A stretch of 64,000 nt of DNA, taken from the IMG/VR virus record IMGVR_UViG_3300042558_003926, positions 225,652-289,651 of that record. One strand, given 5' to 3'. Under the pieces are notes generated by a model. It was not told the DNA's origin. It worked only from the letters and a program-made list of their open reading frames with translations, and ran no database searches. Position 1 is the first letter of the stretch; each line of letters opens with the position of its first letter. The position numbers and the translations under genes were made by a program. Shown here in pieces: positions 28,989 through 39,022 of the stretch.

Positions 28989-29085
28989 GACGAATCCAGA
29001 TCGAATCCAGGAAAAAGTTTTCGATTTTATTTTTTTTCCTAACCCTATTTCTTATTTTTATATCTAACCAATTAAAATAATAAAT

Positions 29086-29277
29086 ATGACAAATCTAGAG
29101 TTAGAAAAAGAGCTAAGAGAAGAATGGAAAAAATGGCAGGCAAATGCCCATCCAGATGATCGCATGTCATTCATGGACTATGTTGATGAAGTGGGGATAT
29201 TCAAGAATCACCGAATAATTGTTAACAGAGATCGATATGGTGATGTTGAAGCGATCACATTTTATTCTTTAGGTTAA
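29086..29277 (+). CDS. hypothetical early protein
   Basis: Own early promoter. Confidence 0.75.
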   Translation: MTNLELEKELREEWKKWQANAHPDDRMSFMDYVDEVGIFKNHRIIVNRDRYGDVEAITFYSLG

Positions 29278-29281
29278 TTAA

Positions 29282-29317
29282 AAAAAGCCCGGGTTAATTT
29301 TTTATCCCGGGCTTTTT
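29282..29317. promoter_or_regulatory. promoter-embedded inverted repeat
   Basis: AAAAAGCCCGGG-TTAATTTTTTAT-CCCGGGCTTTTT, 12-bp arms, 12-nt spacer. Confidence 0.75.
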
Positions 29318-29355
29318 GTGTTATTTTTACTTCATAACCAATTAAAACAGAACAA

Positions 29356-29679
29356 ATGGAAAATGAAAAAAAATTATTCGTTGCCCAGGGATACGTACTA
29401 GGCAACTTATGGGGAGGAGGCCTAGGTGCCTACCCTACCATCACCATCTCAGGAGAATCAGAAGAGATTGTACTTGAGCAAGCAGAGAAAGAACTAAAGA
29501 CAGGAGGATTAGACCGAGGTATGGGATTCGAAAGCCTTACAGGAGCTTTGCTCAATATTGAAAGAATCATTCATATAGAGATCGACGGTATGCCTTTCAC
29601 CAACCGAACAACAACTCAGAAAACCATTGGGAACTTGGATGAAATGGATATTGAATTTCTAAAAGATCTGATCCCATGA
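29356..29679 (+). CDS. hypothetical early protein
   Basis: Early promoter. Confidence 0.75.
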   Translation: MENEKKLFVAQGYVLGNLWGGGLGAYPTITISGESEEIVLEQAEKELKTGGLDRGMGFESLTGALLNIERIIHIEIDGMPFTNRTTTQKTIGNLDEMDIEFLKDLIP

Positions 29680-29987
29680 GAGTTTATCACGCAACAGCAG
29701 TATCCAATGTTGAGTCTATCAGAGAGAAAGGACTCCTGAAAGTTTGGGAAGGTGTTTACCTAACAGATTCCGAGGAGTCTGCACAGAGATGGATAGGATT
29801 CAGATTGAAAGCAATGGGACATGATAAGATGGCAATCATCGAGGCCGAGGTGAATCCACGCAGCCTGATCGAGGGCACAGATCACTCTCCTATCATGGAA
29901 CTCATCTTCGGTGTGGGCAAGAGCTTGCTCAGTCCTAAAGCGATTCCAGTATCCAAGATTAAAAACATAAAGATTGTTTCTATTTAA
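29676..29987 (+). CDS. ADP-ribosyltransferase/Tpt1-fold small protein
   Basis: VYHAT...SIREKGL...GVYLT. Confidence 0.55.
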   Translation: MRVYHATAVSNVESIREKGLLKVWEGVYLTDSEESAQRWIGFRLKAMGHDKMAIIEAEVNPRSLIEGTDHSPIMELIFGVGKSLLSPKAIPVSKIKNIKIVSI

Positions 29988-29997
29988 ATTCAAGGTC

Positions 29998-30258
29998 ATG
30001 ACTAATAAAAAAGTTCTAGAAAGATATCCCACTGCAATAGCTGTAGAATACAAAACCAAATTTGATGTTGGGTTTGTTGGGAAAGGTGTGAAATTCTACA
30101 TCATCCAGGAGAGCAAGGATTCTGAGTATGCTTTGGGATTTGCCCACTCAGAGAGAGGTGCATGGCAAATGGCAGAATCGTGGTTAGGGAATGATATGTC
30201 GATGTTCAAAGATTACAAAGGGTATCCGATTGAAGATGCCAAATTAGAAATGGAATAG
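29998..30258 (+). CDS. hypothetical protein
   Basis: Start moved to MTNKK. Confidence 0.65.
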   Translation: MTNKKVLERYPTAIAVEYKTKFDVGFVGKGVKFYIIQESKDSEYALGFAHSERGAWQMAESWLGNDMSMFKDYKGYPIEDAKLEME

Positions 30259-30327
30259 CCTCTGGTTTATTTTTTTATCCCAGTCTGGATTATTACTTTT
30301 ATCTCATAACCAATTAAAACAAAGAGT

Positions 30328-30672
30328 ATGCCTTTGAATTTTGATCTAAGAAAAATCAGTCATCACAAAAGACTGTACAGAAAGAATCCGAACGGAACTT
30401 TCAAACTCAACCAAATTGCTGAAACGATTATCCTATCCACAATGAGCGTGGGTATGCGTTCGATTACAGAAAAGAACTGGGAGAAGTTCTACAACCGTTT
30501 ACATCTACTGGAGACGATCCACGGTAGCTTCTTCTATTCCCGAAAGAGAGGCAAGATGGTTCAGAGATACATTACCAAGGATGAGGTGAAGAGAATGATT
30601 GGGCTGGAAGTGAATGCCTCTGAGCTAACATCAAAACAATTCTTAAAAAGATTTGAAAAACATCAGTTCTGA
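30328..30672 (+). CDS. hypothetical early protein
   Basis: Early promoter; terminator at about 30688-30725. Confidence 0.8.
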   Translation: MPLNFDLRKISHHKRLYRKNPNGTFKLNQIAETIILSTMSVGMRSITEKNWEKFYNRLHLLETIHGSFFYSRKRGKMVQRYITKDEVKRMIGLEVNASELTSKQFLKRFEKHQF

Positions 30673-30858
30673 TCCTGCTTTAGGAACTGATGAAAAGGTC
30701 TCGGTTAATCCGGGACCTTTTTTGTGTGTGCTGAATTCGCAGCAGCTGGTAACACCGTCGGCAGTGCTGAGGAAACTTTAACGAAATTACAGCGTAAATA
30801 TTTTTTTATACCTGTGCTAAATGCTTATATTTGATCAAACATAAAAATAAAAAGAAGC

Positions 30859-31260
30859 ATGAATCAAGTTAAAGTATTCGAGTTCTTTCAAGAAGGGGAA
30901 GGAGGAACACCAGTATCCAATTTGTCTAGTACATCCTATTGGGCAGAGTTTGATGAGAACGACGGAAAAACAGCAGATGACTGGGCCAACGATCCAGGAT
31001 TTCAAAATCTAGAGAAGAATCTGGGTATTAGTCCAGATTATCTTTTAGCTCTCAATAGCGAGGGTGATGATGTTGAAAAATTCAAAGGTGTGATTGCCAA
31101 TTCATTACCAGAGAAAACTGTTAAGAGCACTCAGGAATATGTGACCAGTTGGGAGTACTACACAGATTTAGGTATTGCAGTTGCCTGTGGTAATGGAGGT
31201 GCACCAGATTGGTTTTTCGTATTGAAGACTCCAGAAGTAGAATTAGTAGAGGCTATCTAA
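30859..31260 (+). CDS. hypothetical early protein
   Basis: TATATTTG at 30826; terminator after. Confidence 0.8.
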   Translation: MNQVKVFEFFQEGEGGTPVSNLSSTSYWAEFDENDGKTADDWANDPGFQNLEKNLGISPDYLLALNSEGDDVEKFKGVIANSLPEKTVKSTQEYVTSWEYYTDLGIAVACGNGGAPDWFFVLKTPEVELVEAI

Positions 31261-31470
31261 AACTATTTCACAAAAAATCCTCAGACTATCTGGGGATTTT
31301 TTGTGGCCAAATGGTTCGTCATCTTCTTTCTCTTTGAGTAACACCGTCGACGGTATACACACATTCACGTTTAACTTATTTGCTAAAAGATTAAACAAAA
31401 ATAATCCGGGTTTATTTTTTATCCTGGGTTAGAATGGTTAAATTAGCTATAACCAATTAATAACAAAACA

Positions 31471-31914
31471 ATGCTAACCTTAAAAGTAGGAGACAATCTC
31501 CACATCTCAGGAAACCAAGTTATCAGCTATGATACTGTAGTTGCAGAGATATCAGGCAACAGTCTTATAGAGTTAGGTAAATACTCTAGAACAACAACCA
31601 AGCACATCCATAAGATCACAGATCTATTTGGACTCAACCTCATCAGATCCAACAAGAGGAGAGATGACTTCCACTGGTATGAATATGGTGTCAAAACAAA
31701 ATTTGACTCAGCCCTCGGTGTCAAGGCAACCGAACAGATAGCTGAAATAGTTAGGGAGGGGGCCTCGATAGAGAATGCAATCTACCTTGTTGATCTCACT
31801 AAGCTTCGTAAGAAGGACAGAGAGGAGTTAGAGTATTTGTTATCCAAGAAAGGAATCTCAGATGAGAAGATAGCAGCTCTAAAGTCATGGTACTCCATTC
31901 GAAATATGCTGTAG
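31471..31914 (+). CDS. hypothetical early protein
   Basis: ISYDTVVA...YSRTTTKHI motif typical of small phage proteins. Confidence 0.75.
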   Translation: MLTLKVGDNLHISGNQVISYDTVVAEISGNSLIELGKYSRTTTKHIHKITDLFGLNLIRSNKRRDDFHWYEYGVKTKFDSALGVKATEQIAEIVREGASIENAIYLVDLTKLRKKDREELEYLLSKKGISDEKIAALKSWYSIRNML

Positions 31915-31974
31915 GTAATTTTTTTATCCCGGGCTAAATTCTTATATTTAAGTTAACCAATTAAAACGAATCTT

Positions 31975-32187
31975 ATGGAAGATGTAATCATCGACAAGCT
32001 AACTAAGATGAAGAGAGACAAGAAGTACGCTGCTCTATCACTTCATCCACCATTCGGGTCTAAAGTTATCCAAAGAGAAAATAACAGGCTATTTATCAAC
32101 GAGGGAAGGGACGGTAAGTTCGAAGGGGTTTCCGAGGAGTTATACGATGAGTTGGTTGGCAAATTTGATTCACGATATAGAAGATAG
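31975..32187 (+). CDS. hypothetical early protein
   Basis: Early promoter. Confidence 0.75.
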   Translation: MEDVIIDKLTKMKRDKKYAALSLHPPFGSKVIQRENNRLFINEGRDGKFEGVSEELYDELVGKFDSRYRR

Positions 32188-32191
32188 AAAC

Positions 32192-32440
32192 ATGGAAAAA
32201 GATTTAGTTTTTAGAGCAATCGTTACTGGGCCTAAGGAATACCTTCCTGAGGGTACACTTATAGAGAACTTTGTAATCTCACCTTATGATGTTGATGAGG
32301 TGAGAGAGGACGGAGAGACCGAGGATGATGCTATTGCATATCTGAAGGAAGAGTACATAGCCGAGTGGGAACAACGGTGGTGCAAGGTGCAGCTGTTTAC
32401 CGAAGAAGAGTATCAACAAATCAAAAACCAAATACCATGA
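32192..32440 (+). CDS. acidic hypothetical protein
   Basis: Start moved to MEKDL. Confidence 0.7.
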   Translation: MEKDLVFRAIVTGPKEYLPEGTLIENFVISPYDVDEVREDGETEDDAIAYLKEEYIAEWEQRWCKVQLFTEEEYQQIKNQIP

Positions 32441-32664
32441 CAAGAAAAATTGACATTAGAATCTGTGGGAGAAAGATTGAGGGTTATCCAACGGTGAGCC
32501 GAACGATCACGTTTGACACGATAGAAGAACTTATCAGGAAGGCAGACAATGCTATAGAAGAAACATGCTTCGGTAAGGTGGATTGCTATGTAGATAACTT
32601 CAGGGATATTTTGAATTCGGAAGAAGTTAAAATTTTAGAAGCTGATTATTTTATTGTGGATTAA
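32437..32664 (+). CDS. hypothetical protein
   Basis: ATGA-coupled MTRKID. Confidence 0.7.
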   Translation: MTRKIDIRICGRKIEGYPTVSRTITFDTIEELIRKADNAIEETCFGKVDCYVDNFRDILNSEEVKILEADYFIVD

Positions 32665-32721
32665 TTTTTTTTCCTGGATAGTGATTCTTATATTTAAGAT
32701 AACCAATTAAAACAAAGAACA

Positions 32722-32886
32722 TGAATTCAGACGATGAAAAAGAAAGAGAGGAGTTCTTCAAAGCTCTGTCAGAGCATATCTCCCGAGTAGAAAGAGAGGT
32801 TGCAAAAATGCTATTCCTCGCACACAACCCACACGTTCAGGTTTTAGAGAGCAAAAATTATGAATTGATTGTTTGTCTAAACTAAG
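32722..32886 (+). CDS. 54-aa hypothetical protein
   Basis: Read manually behind an early promoter. Confidence 0.6.
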
Positions 32887-32891
32887 AAGCC

Positions 32892-33161
32892 ATGGAAGAA
32901 AAGATTCAAACCATCTTAGAAAGATTTGACTTCCAGAAGGTGAGAGATTATATGATCCTCACCAACTGGACTTGGGTCAATCAACACGGACAATCAGTTC
33001 CCTCGGTGGATGAGATAAGATCAACTGCGTCTAGATTATTAAGAGCTGTTGCTTCTGATGAGAAGGAATACTCAAGCACTGGAACTGGTGGATTAGTTGC
33101 TCACAAATTCCCTTGGGGATTAGATCTTCATTTCGCTTTGGAAAGAAGATCATCCTACTGA
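32892..33161 (+). CDS. hypothetical protein
   Basis: FDFQKVRDYMILTNWTW motif. Confidence 0.75.
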   Translation: MEEKIQTILERFDFQKVRDYMILTNWTWVNQHGQSVPSVDEIRSTASRLLRAVASDEKEYSSTGTGGLVAHKFPWGLDLHFALERRSSY

Positions 33162-33218
33162 TCCCATACATAGTATGGTGGTAAGATACTCTCGCTCGCG
33201 CACATAAAAACCAAAAAA

Positions 33219-33545
33219 ATGAAAACAGTTTCAAGAGAAGAAGCAGCAAAGACGAGTCCTGACTATGCAGAGATCATGAGAAAGGAATCGCACCATGACC
33301 ACGAAATCATCGAGGATGAGCAAGGTACATGGAGATGGAAGTCTCAGCCAACGGTGAAGACGATTCTAGATCGAATCAACTTCAATGATGTATGGATGTT
33401 ATTTCATCACATGGGCTTAGGTAAGAATGATGAGAGTGTCAGAAAGCTTTATCGTGATATGGGTTATTCATTGAGCGGGTACTGGGAGATATTCTACTGG
33501 GAGATGAACAACGAGGATGCGGATCAATACCGTCCCGAGGTGTAA
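33219..33545 (+). CDS. hypothetical protein
   Basis: ORF followed by terminator. Confidence 0.75.
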   Translation: MKTVSREEAAKTSPDYAEIMRKESHHDHEIIEDEQGTWRWKSQPTVKTILDRINFNDVWMLFHHMGLGKNDESVRKLYRDMGYSLSGYWEIFYWEMNNEDADQYRPEV

Positions 33546-33624
33546 CCTCCATAGAGCAACAACAAAAAAGTCTCAGAATTTCTGAGACTTTTTTTGTGAG
33601 TTATGGATTCGTGCATGGAGGAAA

Positions 33625-33641
33625 TACCGTTGGCGACGGTG
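33625..33641. repeat. CACC-N9-GGTG palindrome variant
   Basis: TACCGTTG-G-CGACGGTG between convergent units. Confidence 0.7.
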
Positions 33642-33661
33642 TAATCTACTAGACGATCGGA

Positions 33662-34063
33662 TTAATCATATGTCATTATTCGAGGAACACAGATGTCAGT
33701 GGATGTTATTTCAACTCCAGGAATAGCTTTACCAAATAAATTAGACTTAGCAGATGATGATGCTTTGTATTTACCTGAGAAATATAATTTGTTATTGTAA
33801 CCCATTTTGAATTTAGGAAATAGGCTAGCTTCCCATCTTCCGTCAGGATAGAAATCTACGGTAAAAGTTTTGTAGGCGGAGAAAGATGTGCTCATAGTAT
33901 TCTTTATTTCGACCTCCCAGTGATTTGCAATCGGATTCTTATTCCAAGGACCACCGTGAGGTGTTGCAGTTTTAGCACCGATCTTTTTAAGGAATTCTGG
34001 CATTTTGGGTAATGCTGCTGCTTCATTAATTTCTTCTCCGTAAGATTTGATGTTGTTTAGCAT
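33662..34063 (-). CDS. CTS-leader protein, antisense island in early region
   Basis: NIKSYGEEINEA; GATATATAC upstream. Confidence 0.8.
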   Translation of the reverse strand: MLNNIKSYGEEINEAAALPKMPEFLKKIGAKTATPHGGPWNKNPIANHWEVEIKNTMSTSFSAYKTFTVDFYPDGRWEASLFPKFKMGYNNKLYFSGKYKASSSAKSNLFGKAIPGVEITSTDICVPRIMTYD

Positions 34064-34210
34064 GATTTATTCTTTATTTGATGTATATATCTGCTTTCAG
34101 TCGTCAAGCTGTAGACAGTTGATTACACCTCGGAAACTTTTTTATCCCGGTTAATCTTTTTTATCCTGTAGTAGTTATGTATATTAGCTACATTAACCAA
34201 TTTAGATGTT

Positions 34211-34525
34211 ATGGGATTTGTAAAGATAACTTGTATAACGGAAAATCCGGTATATTATACTAACAAGAGGAGATCGAACGTAGCACTCGTTTCAGTATTT
34301 GATAAGAACAATCCGCTGGGAACTCTAAAGAAAATCGGTGGAAATCACCCTTTCATGTTTATTGATCTCAAGGAGTATTTGGAAGATTTACATGAAATTT
34401 CAGAGGAGTTCAATATTGAGGATTGGGAGTTTCAACTTGATTATTCTAATACCGAAAGCGATAGCTATTTAGTTGCAAAGGAAGAAGAGATTAGTGAGGA
34501 GGAATACACAAATCTCATCAGGTAG
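34211..34525 (+). CDS. hypothetical early protein
   Basis: Early-promoter variant. Confidence 0.7.
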   Translation: MGFVKITCITENPVYYTNKRRSNVALVSVFDKNNPLGTLKKIGGNHPFMFIDLKEYLEDLHEISEEFNIEDWEFQLDYSNTESDSYLVAKEEEISEEEYTNLIR

Positions 34526-34610
34526 AAAGTGAGATAATTTTATCCCGGTTAATTTTTTTATCCTAGGTCTAATTGTTATATTTGTATCATAACCAATTAA
34601 AGCAATCCTC

Positions 34611-34766
34611 ATGTACTCATTGAACTGTGATTATTATACCCGAGAGTTTTCTACTGTTGATGAACTCATCTCTGATATCATGTCCTCTGGCATGGATCCC
34701 AACTATGAAATAACTTTCAACGGTGTTTCCACTGGAGAACTCGCCGCTGACTTACTCCAATACTAA
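34611..34766 (+). CDS. 51-aa acidic protein
   Basis: Read manually behind an early promoter. Confidence 0.65.
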   Translation: MYSLNCDYYTREFSTVDELISDIMSSGMDPNYEITFNGVSTGELAADLLQY

Positions 34767-34768
34767 CC

Positions 34769-34882
34769 ATGGAAAAGATTGAGGTTACCATACAGGAAAT
34801 CCAGATGGTCACAAGGCCTAATGTGTACAAGAATCGGAAGAAATACACCCGTAAAAAAAAGCATAAAAAAGACCCGGAATAA
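34769..34882 (+). CDS. 37-aa basic peptide with ArfA-like motif
   Basis: MEKIEVTIQEIQMVTRPNVYKNRKKYTRKKKHKKDPE. Confidence 0.55.
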   Translation: MEKIEVTIQEIQMVTRPNVYKNRKKYTRKKKHKKDPE

Positions 34883-34940
34883 TTTTTTTATCCCGGGTTA
34901 GAACCTTACTTTTACTTTATAACCAATTAAAAAATATCCT

Positions 34941-35192
34941 ATGTCAGCTTCATTAGTTACAATCACACACGAGGTTCTTAAGGAAAGACTTCGCAGAGGA
35001 ACAGTTCGTTTCTACTTCAGAAAAACAGACGGATCCCTTCGCATCGCAATGGGAACATTGGACCTCACAAGAGTTCCTACATCAGGTCAGCCTAAGGGTG
35101 GCAACGCACCACAAGGGGTAACCACTTTCTTCGACCTGGAGAAGAACGCTTGGAGATCGGTTTCCCACACTCAGCAAATTTGGATTGATTAA
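34941..35192 (+). CDS. WYL_2/DUF2693-like SH3 beta-barrel protein
   Basis: VRFYFRKTDGSLRIAMGTL...FFDLEKNAWRS. Confidence 0.75.
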   Translation: MSASLVTITHEVLKERLRRGTVRFYFRKTDGSLRIAMGTLDLTRVPTSGQPKGGNAPQGVTTFFDLEKNAWRSVSHTQQIWID

Positions 35193-35216
35193 GTCTAACC
35201 ACAAAAACACAAAGTC

Positions 35217-35453
35217 ATGTACATAGTAATCACGACACACCCCGACGGGGATTCATACATGGTAACGGCAGACCAAGGGAAAGCAAAGGCTCATTTCGAT
35301 TCCGAGGTGGAACGATCCAGCGATTCAGTATTCTCAGATTCACAATGTCCGATATACCTGGCCGAGGTGAAAGACGGAGAGCGATTCGGATTTGGCGGTT
35401 GGGGAGAAATACATGGGTGCGAGATCCTCGAAGAGCATTATCCAGAGGATTAA
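35217..35453 (+). CDS. hypothetical protein
   Basis: ORF track. Confidence 0.7.
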   Translation: MYIVITTHPDGDSYMVTADQGKAKAHFDSEVERSSDSVFSDSQCPIYLAEVKDGERFGFGGWGEIHGCEILEEHYPED

Positions 35454-35510
35454 TTTTTTATCCCGAACTAAGTTCTTATATTTGATTCACAAACCAATTA
35501 AATTCACGAT

Positions 35511-35798
35511 ATGAACAAAAATCGAGATCCAAAGACTGGACGTTTTATTTCCTCAAAAGGAACAGGTCCACAAGCATCTTCAATGACAGTAGGTCAGAAG
35601 ATTCACAAAGTCCTTACAGCAGGCATCAAGGTGTTTGGCAAAAAGGACATCTCAGGAACACCAACCACAATGGCTCAAGGATCCTCGGTGATTCTAGAGA
35701 AGACATCCGAGATTGGTCCAACAGGAACAGCCGTTGTTCGAGTTAAGAAAGAAAACTCAACCCGCACGTTCTACACAGTAGAAGAGAACATTTCATAA
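35511..35798 (+). CDS. hypothetical early protein
   Basis: RDPKTGRFIS motif; early promoter and terminator. Confidence 0.75.
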   Translation: MNKNRDPKTGRFISSKGTGPQASSMTVGQKIHKVLTAGIKVFGKKDISGTPTTMAQGSSVILEKTSEIGPTGTAVVRVKKENSTRTFYTVEENIS

Positions 35799-35883
35799 AT
35801 CTCCTCAACTCCATATATAGAAAAGAGAGACCTTCGGGTCTCTTTTTTTGTGCAGCTGGATTTGCAGCTGTTGCAGCTGGAAA

Positions 35884-35900
35884 CACCGTCGCCAACGGTG
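35884..35900. repeat. CACC-N9-GGTG palindrome
   Basis: CACCGTCG-C-CAACGGTG. Confidence 0.8.
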
Positions 35901-35999
35901 GACGAATCCAGATCGATTCCGGCCAAAAAGTTTTAGATTTTATTTTTTTCCCCAGCCTTAAATTCTTATATTTGTATCATAACCAATCAAAAAACAACC

Positions 36000-36362
36000 A
36001 TGAAATTAAAAAGATTTAGCTTAGACATTGCATTTGACGGACCTTGCAATGACACTGGAAAATTCCTAACCTATCTTCAAGAGGTATGCGAGGTATTCAA
36101 TCTGCAAATTGTTGGTCTTATTCCAGTTGGTCCGGGAGGAGCTTGGCCAGAGGTTACCTTCCGAGGTACTGAAGAGGATCTCACCAAATTTTCAATTGCA
36201 TTTCATGATGATCCAGAATTGGGTCGGGAAATGATTGATGATTATCTTGAAGAAGATGATGAGCAGGCATTTTCAGTTTTTGTCGATGAGAGATATACGA
36301 CCAAGGGTAATCGTCAATTCATCAATGAGGATGGGACATTATCATTCAAGGAATGGGAATAG
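36000..36362 (+). CDS. acidic hypothetical early protein
   Basis: Early promoter and terminator. Confidence 0.8.
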   Translation: MKLKRFSLDIAFDGPCNDTGKFLTYLQEVCEVFNLQIVGLIPVGPGGAWPEVTFRGTEEDLTKFSIAFHDDPELGREMIDDYLEEDDEQAFSVFVDERYTTKGNRQFINEDGTLSFKEWE

Positions 36363-36439
36363 ATCAAATCACAAATTATTAAAAGGATCTTCGGATCCTT
36401 TTTTTGTGGGCATAAGTTTGCAGCTTATCTACCTTGAAA

Positions 36440-36456
36440 CACCGTCGCCAACGGTG
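36440..36456. repeat. CACC-N9-GGTG palindrome
   Basis: CACCGTCGCCAACGGTG. Confidence 0.8.
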
Positions 36457-36555
36457 GACGGATACAGACCGATCGGATTTAATCCTTATGGTTTTATTTT
36501 TTTATCCTATTCCAAATTCTTATATTTATACTATAACCAATTAAAAGAATACCAA

Positions 36556-37092
36556 ATGAAAAATTTATCGTTAGAAGGACTAACACCAGAGCAAATAAAA
36601 TTGCTAGAATCTGTAGCTGATGGATTTAGAGTAGCAAAAAAAGAAGAACCGGTAGTGGTAGAATCACCGAAGGACGAACCACCTAAATTCTATAGGATAA
36701 TTAGTATGAAATCCTGGCTGGAAGAGGAAGATGATTATGGTTACACTACAGAGATAGATTTTATAGCTAAGGTAAGATCCAACGACCCGGATAGTTTAGA
36801 ACGTGTCTTATATGATGATTACTTTCCACTCTTAAAAAAACATGTTGACAAAAATAAAGAAAAAGAAGGATTTGATTTGATTAGGCTAATAAGCGAATAT
36901 GATTTTTTTGAAGATGCTAATTATTCTAAAGATGGATTTAGTAGGGGAATAGGTTTTACAATATACGTCGACGAAATTACAGAGGAAGAATATAATGATT
37001 CCGATAAATGGAAAGATGCTGATGTGGAGTGTATACCAGCGAAATTCAATATCGTATCTAGCGGGTTTACTAAAATACTCAAAGAATACTAG
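36556..37092 (+). CDS. acidic hypothetical early protein
   Basis: Start moved to MKNLSLEG behind the early promoter. Confidence 0.8.
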   Translation: MKNLSLEGLTPEQIKLLESVADGFRVAKKEEPVVVESPKDEPPKFYRIISMKSWLEEEDDYGYTTEIDFIAKVRSNDPDSLERVLYDDYFPLLKKHVDKNKEKEGFDLIRLISEYDFFEDANYSKDGFSRGIGFTIYVDEITEEEYNDSDKWKDADVECIPAKFNIVSSGFTKILKEY

Positions 37093-37193
37093 AAGACGAG
37101 GATTAAAAAATAAACAATTACACTAAAGGGGCTTATGCTCCTTTTTTTGTGTCCATAGGTTTAGTATAGGTTTGCATCCTTTGCAGCTGGAAA

Positions 37194-37210
37194 CACCGTC
37201 GCCAACGGTG
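37194..37210. repeat. CACC-N9-GGTG palindrome
   Basis: CACCGTCGCCAACGGTG. Confidence 0.8.
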
Positions 37211-37306
37211 GATGGATACAGACCGATTGGATTTAATCCTTATGATTTTATTTTTTATCCTATTTGGAATACTTATATTTATGCTATAACCAATTAAAAT
37301 TTAACT

Positions 37307-37612
37307 ATGGAAAGAAAAAAAATAATCACTAGCAAAGATATCAAATTTGAGGCTGGGTCCAATGAGAACTCTTATCATTTGAGACACCGGGCAAAACCGA
37401 ATATTAAGATTAAAATACAAGGTATAAAAAGCGGGTCTACTAAGATACTATTGAAGCCACATTGGCATTTTGCTAATCTTTCGGAGGCTGAACGTATTCA
37501 GTGTGATATATTTGATCTTATTCGTAAAGAATTTCTGGAATTAGATTCCACCAAAGAAAAGATAGCTGAGATCATTAATAAAAGATGTTCTAAATATGAC
37601 GACATAAAGTAA
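37307..37612 (+). CDS. hypothetical early protein
   Basis: Early promoter. Confidence 0.75.
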   Translation: MERKKIITSKDIKFEAGSNENSYHLRHRAKPNIKIKIQGIKSGSTKILLKPHWHFANLSEAERIQCDIFDLIRKEFLELDSTKEKIAEIINKRCSKYDDIK

Positions 37613-37629
37613 CCAATAAAGACTCGAAG

Positions 37630-37917
37630 ATGAAGGCATTTAAAATAGTACTAAATCACCTGCAGGTAGATTATTGGGATCAACTAGAAGTAGTGGTCGT
37701 CATACTTATCGTTGGGGCTAAAAACAAAACCTCTGCGAAAGAGATTGTCTCGAAAAAATATAAGATAGTTAACAATCTAGCTAAGAGCGAAACGGGTTCT
37801 TTTCAAATTATGAGCTCTAATATTATAAACGAATGTACTGCTAAATCTGAATTTATAGAGGAAGTGTATTCAAGCGGAGATCCAGTCCTAAATAAATTAC
37901 CTAATAGATCTTATTAA
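37630..37917 (+). CDS. hypothetical protein
   Basis: ORF track. Confidence 0.65.
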   Translation: MKAFKIVLNHLQVDYWDQLEVVVVILIVGAKNKTSAKEIVSKKYKIVNNLAKSETGSFQIMSSNIINECTAKSEFIEEVYSSGDPVLNKLPNRSY

Positions 37918-38053
37918 TTTCAAAAATCATTTTTTCTTTAAATAGAATCTTGTGCATTTGCATTTAAAAAAAATTCCAAATCTGTCCCGGGTTAATTTTT
38001 TATCCTGGGCCTAATTGTGTACTTTTATACTATAACCAATTAAAAACAAACCA

Positions 38054-38353
38054 ATGAAAAAACTATTGATTGTCTATCGACTATTTGACCCAACTTACGG
38101 TCCACAGGGAAATGCTAAAACATTAGCTGTTCGATTGAATGAGGACAACACTCTATCCTATTCATACTACGGTGGTTGGCAACCTAGCGGAATGGGATTT
38201 GCAATTTCAAACATGCAACTCAAACGTTCATTACCTTTGGGAGCCAGAAATTTCAAAACGGTCGAAGACCTACATCAGGAAATCGTTTCAATCCTGGCAA
38301 CCGGGGTAGGTTCAAGGAAAATCAGCACGTTTGAAATCCTGAACGACCTATAA
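38054..38353 (+). CDS. hypothetical early protein
   Basis: Early promoter with inverted repeat. Confidence 0.75.
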   Translation: MKKLLIVYRLFDPTYGPQGNAKTLAVRLNEDNTLSYSYYGGWQPSGMGFAISNMQLKRSLPLGARNFKTVEDLHQEIVSILATGVGSRKISTFEILNDL

Positions 38354-38437
38354 AAAACATTTGGAATTTGGCCCAGGTTAATTTTTTATCCTGGGCCTAA
38401 TTGTGTACTTTTATATTAACCAATTAAAAGAAACCAA

Positions 38438-38623
38438 ATGAGAAATTGTCAAAGATGCGGAAAGGAAGCTAACCCTACCATTATGTCCATGTTTAATACC
38501 CAAATGATATGTATGGGTTGCAAGGATGAAGAGAAGAAGAATCCGAGGTATGACGAAGCGGTAAGGAGAGAAGCTGAAGAGGTAAAAAAAGGAAATTATA
38601 ATTTTGAAGGAATAGGGTTATAA
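38438..38623 (+). CDS. small zinc-finger protein
   Basis: CQRC...SMFNTQMICMGC. Confidence 0.7.
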   Translation: MRNCQRCGKEANPTIMSMFNTQMICMGCKDEEKKNPRYDEAVRREAEEVKKGNYNFEGIGL

Positions 38624-38681
38624 TATTTTTTTATCCCAACTCTAATCGTTACTTTTATCTTACAACCAATTAAAAAACAAA

Positions 38682-38840
38682 ATGAAAACAAGAACAACAA
38701 TACATTGGACATTATACATTATACTAGTCATTACAATACTAAGCTTTATGGTTACACCTAAAGCTTGGATGGTTGTTCTGGCAATAGGCATTGTACTTTA
38801 TGTAAGACATGCACTAAATACAAAAACTGAGGGGGATTAG
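38682..38840 (+). CDS. 52-aa membrane protein
   Basis: Read manually behind an early promoter. Confidence 0.6.
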   Translation: MKTRTTIHWTLYIILVITILSFMVTPKAWMVVLAIGIVLYVRHALNTKTEGD

Positions 38841-38926
38841 ATTTTAGGTTGGTTGGTTATAAATGAAAAGGGCCTCGTACACACGAGGTCTTTTTTGTTG
38901 GGCAAACGCTAAGCTCTCCTCCGACA

Positions 38927-38943
38927 CACCGTCGCCAACGGTG
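38927..38943. repeat. CACC-N9-GGTG palindrome
   Basis: CACCGTCGCCAACGGTG. Confidence 0.8.
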
Positions 38944-39022
38944 TTGTGGATGTGAAGTAAAAATTAGATGTGAAGTAGATATATAAGTTCAATACACGAC
39001 AAAACAAAAAAAAACAAAAATT

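Noticed and set aside
36235-36555. Extended 5' ends in the ORF track (also 13770, 28332, 32147, 32365, 41919, 42257, 47522)
   Set aside because: The extensions run through terminators or promoters; the downstream ATG follows the conserved promoter.
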